From NCBI GenBank assembly GCA_963843885.1, contig CAWJMJ010000016.1, positions 449,568 through 513,567 on the forward strand: DNA of 64,000 nucleotides. Direction: 5' to 3'. The notes under the pieces were generated by a model that was not told where the DNA came from, searched no databases, and worked only from the letters and a program-made list of their open reading frames with translations. Position 1 is the stretch's first letter. Each line of letters opens with the position of its first letter. The DNA comes from an uncultured Acidobacteriota bacterium (GTDB taxonomy: Bacteria; Acidobacteriota; Vicinamibacteria; Vicinamibacterales; UBA2999). A program made the translations under genes and the position numbers. Shown piece by piece: positions 61,292 through 64,000 of the stretch.

Positions 61292-62926
61292 GTGATGCAG
61301 CGCGACCTGCGCCGTCTGGCGGACACCCCCTTCGACCTGGTCGTCATCGGCGCCGGCATCTACGGCGCCCTGGCTGCGTGGGAAGCCGCCGCCCGCGGCC
61401 TCACCGTGGCCCTGGTCGACCGCGCCGACTTCGGTGCCGGCACCTCCGCCAACAGCCTCAAGACCTTGCACGGCGGCCTGCGCTCGCTGCAGTCGCTGAA
61501 CTTCCGGCAGATGCGGTTGTTCATCCGGGAACGGCGGGCCATGGCACTGATGGCGCCCCATCTCATCGACCGGCTGCCCTTCTGCGTGCCGACCTACAGG
61601 CACCCCACCCGCAACGCGCTGGCCTTGCGGGCGGCGCTGGCCATCACCGACCTGGTGGCCCGCGACCGCAATGACGGCGTCGTCGACCCGGAGTTGCATC
61701 TGCCACGCGGCCGCATCGTGACCCGGACCGAGTGCCTTCGCCTCAACCCGATCATCGGCACTGATGGCGTGACCGGAGGCGCCGTGTGGTTCGACTACCA
61801 GATGCGGCAGCCGGAGCGCATTGCCATCTCCGCCGTCCGTTCGGCCAGCGACGCTGGCGCCGCCGTCGCCAACTACGCCGAGGCATTGGGCGTGCGCCGC
61901 GCCGGCGGGCGGCTGGAGGCCGTGACCATGCGGGACCGCGTGAGCGGCGACACCTTCGAGCTGCGCGCCCGCGTCGTGTTGAACGCCGCCGGGCCGTGGG
62001 CCGGCGGCGTGCTGGCACGCCTCACAGGCGGGCAGGCCGAGACGCCGGCCCCGCGTCTGTCTCGCGCCATGAATCTGGTCATCGACCGCATCACCGATCA
62101 GCACGCCTGCGGCGGCGTCGTGGCGGGGCGCTACCTGTTCGTGGTGCCGTGGCGCGACGTCTCGATTCTGGGCACCAGCCACGACCCGCATGACGGCGAT
62201 GCCGACGCGCCGCACGGCCTCCCCGCCCACGTCGACCAGCTCCTGGCCGATGCCCGTCAGGCCTTCCCGCGAGCTACCTTCCTGCCCGGCCTGGTGCGTC
62301 TGGTGCACCGCGGCCTGCTGCCGATGGTCGGCGCCCGCGGCGCCGCCGTGCAGCTGCTCAAGGAGAGCGCGGTCATCGACCATGCCCGCCAGGGCCATGC
62401 CGGGGTGCTGTCGATCTTCAGCGTGCGCTACACGACCGCGCGGCACACCGCCGCGGCGGCGGTGGACGCGGCGTGCCTGGCCCTGGGCCGTGCCGCGGGA
62501 CCGAGCGTGACGGCCACGGCGCGGATGTCGAGCGCCGGTTTCGCCACCCTCCGCGGTCACCTCGACGACGCGGGCCGCAGCGACGTCGACGCGACGACGC
62601 CCGAGCTGCGTCAACGCCTCGCCCGCAGCTACGGCAGCCACGTCCCGGAAGTCCTGGCCATCGTCCGCCAGGACGCGGACACCGCGCGGCCGCTCTCGGC
62701 GGCGTGCGCCGTCACCCGCGCCGAGATCCTGCACGCCACGCGCCATGAAGCGGCGCTGACCCTGGCCGATGCGCTCGTGCGCCGCACCGATGCGGGCACG
62801 CGCGGTCATCCGGGACGCGAGGCGTTGACGGCGGCGGCCGAAGTGATGGCCGGGGAACTGGGCTGGCCAGCCGAGCGCATGGCCGCGGAGATTCGCCGCG
62901 TCGACCAGATCTACCCGGGCGCCTGA
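61292..62926 (+). CDS. FAD-dependent glycerol-3-phosphate dehydrogenase/oxidase-like oxidoreductase (GlpD family)
   Basis: Intact 544 aa. FDLVVIGAGIYGALAAWEAAARGLTVALVDRADFGAGTSANSLKTLHGGLR (dinucleotide fold plus GlpD signature). C-terminal helical domain ..AEILHATRHEAALTLADALVRRT. Confidence 0.8.
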   Translation: MMQRDLRRLADTPFDLVVIGAGIYGALAAWEAAARGLTVALVDRADFGAGTSANSLKTLHGGLRSLQSLNFRQMRLFIRERRAMALMAPHLIDRLPFCVPTYRHPTRNALALRAALAITDLVARDRNDGVVDPELHLPRGRIVTRTECLRLNPIIGTDGVTGGAVWFDYQMRQPERIAISAVRSASDAGAAVANYAEALGVRRAGGRLEAVTMRDRVSGDTFELRARVVLNAAGPWAGGVLARLTGGQAETPAPRLSRAMNLVIDRITDQHACGGVVAGRYLFVVPWRDVSILGTSHDPHDGDADAPHGLPAHVDQLLADARQAFPRATFLPGLVRLVHRGLLPMVGARGAAVQLLKESAVIDHARQGHAGVLSIFSVRYTTARHTAAAAVDAACLALGRAAGPSVTATARMSSAGFATLRGHLDDAGRSDVDATTPELRQRLARSYGSHVPEVLAIVRQDADTARPLSAACAVTRAEILHATRHEAALTLADALVRRTDAGTRGHPGREALTAAAEVMAGELGWPAERMAAEIRRVDQIYPGA

Positions 62927-62958
62927 CGGCGCGTGTGGCCGGCGTCGCGCCCGAGACG

Positions 62959-64000
62959 TCAGCGCAGATGCGCCGTCGCCCAGCGCTCGAACACCATCAG
63001 CGGGAAGAGCGTGTGGGCATGGTTCTCGCGGCCGGCCACGTGCGCGTCGATGAGCGCCGTCACTTCCGTCGGCTCGAACAACCCGCGCCGGGCCACCCGG
63101 GCCGGCGACAGCAGCTCGCGCATCAGCGGCTCGAGCTCCCGCCGCAGCCAGTTCTTCATCGGGATGCTGAAGCCCTGCTTCTTCCGGTGAAGGATGCGCT
63201 CGGGCAGCACGCCGCGCATGGCCTGCTTGAGCACGTGCTTCCGCATCGCCGTTGCGAATCTTCAGGTGCCCGGGCATCGAGAAGGCCAGCTCCATCACGT
63301 CGACATCGAGAAACGGCGCGCGCGTCTCGAGCGACGTGGCCATGCTCATGCGATCGACTTTGACCAGGATGTCGTCGGCCAGGTAGAGCGACAGGTCGGC
63401 GATACAACTGCCGGTTGAGCGCGTCGCCTCCGGGGCCGCGCGCCAGCGCTTCGCGCACCGGCGCGTACACGATCGCTGCCCGCCAGCGCCGCCTGCAGGG
63501 CGGGCGTGTAGAGCCGCGCCTCGACGCCGTGCGTCGAGGTGCACCATCCAGCGGTAGTGGCCAAGCTCGGCCGGCGCCGTGGCCACGCCGCCGATGAAGC
63601 GCTTGAACTTGTTGACCAGGCCCTTCTTCTGTCCGCTGGGCGGCAGGGCCGCCGCGACCGCCGCGAGGGCCGGCATCGAGCGCCGCGCCGACGCCCTGCG
63701 AAGCGCGCCGCCAGAGCGTCTGGCTTGCATAGGCGTCGTAGCCCCCGAAGAGTTCGTCGCCGCCGTCGCCCGACAGCGCCACCTTGACGTGGGCGCGCGC
63801 GAGCTCGCGAGACCAGGTAGGTCGGGAACAGCGACACGTCGGCGAACGGCTCGTCGAGATGCGGCGATCAGCCGGTCGAACAGGTCGCCGATGTCCGGGC
63901 GTGACGAGCTGCTCGCGGTGATGGGTCGTTCCGAACAGCGTCGGCGACCTCGCGCGCATACGGCAGCTCGTTGTAGGTGCCGTCGTCGAAGCCCATGCTG
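62959..64000 (-). CDS. asnB: Asparagine synthase (glutamine-hydrolysing)-family amidotransferase, C-terminal part only (runs off the window); frameshifted
   Basis: ..[116 protein letters not shown]. Confidence 0.85.

Overview
This is a very GC-rich, densely coding bacterial chromosomal segment with about 58 protein genes and one RNase P RNA. I recognised no rRNA, tRNA, CRISPR array, transposase or integrase. From 1 to 44 kb the content is mostly housekeeping: pilC, a two-gene BMC-H/aldehyde-dehydrogenase module, mltD, comM, an M23 peptidase, secA, guaB, tsaE-nnr, gcvT-H-P, two NtrC-family AAA+ regulators, a comEA/minor-pilin/PilZ trio, an exported kinase-like protein plus a metallophosphoesterase, rnpB, htrA, ligA, a polyprenyl synthase, tatD, metG, larC, radC, dapF, dtd and ttcA. 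From 44 to 64 kb lies a cell-envelope glycan/lipid-modification island. It holds three GT4 glycosyltransferases, an NAD epimerase, two very large polytopic membrane proteins, two UPF0104 flippase-like proteins, two methyltransferases, a radical SAM enzyme, a GlpD-like flavoprotein and an AsnB-type amidotransferase. Embedded in it is a lipoprotein / OM-barrel / lipoprotein trio of unknown function. Caveat: roughly half of the genes, including essential ones, are broken by small indels that occur in patches. This looks like consensus error rather than pseudogenisation. Coordinates of frameshifted genes are outer boundaries that I joined by eye across frames. All functional calls come from motif and family recognition in the translated ORFs; no database search was possible. 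The taxon cannot be determined here; the gene content is compatible with a soil Acidobacteriota/Gemmatimonadota-like organism, which is inference only.
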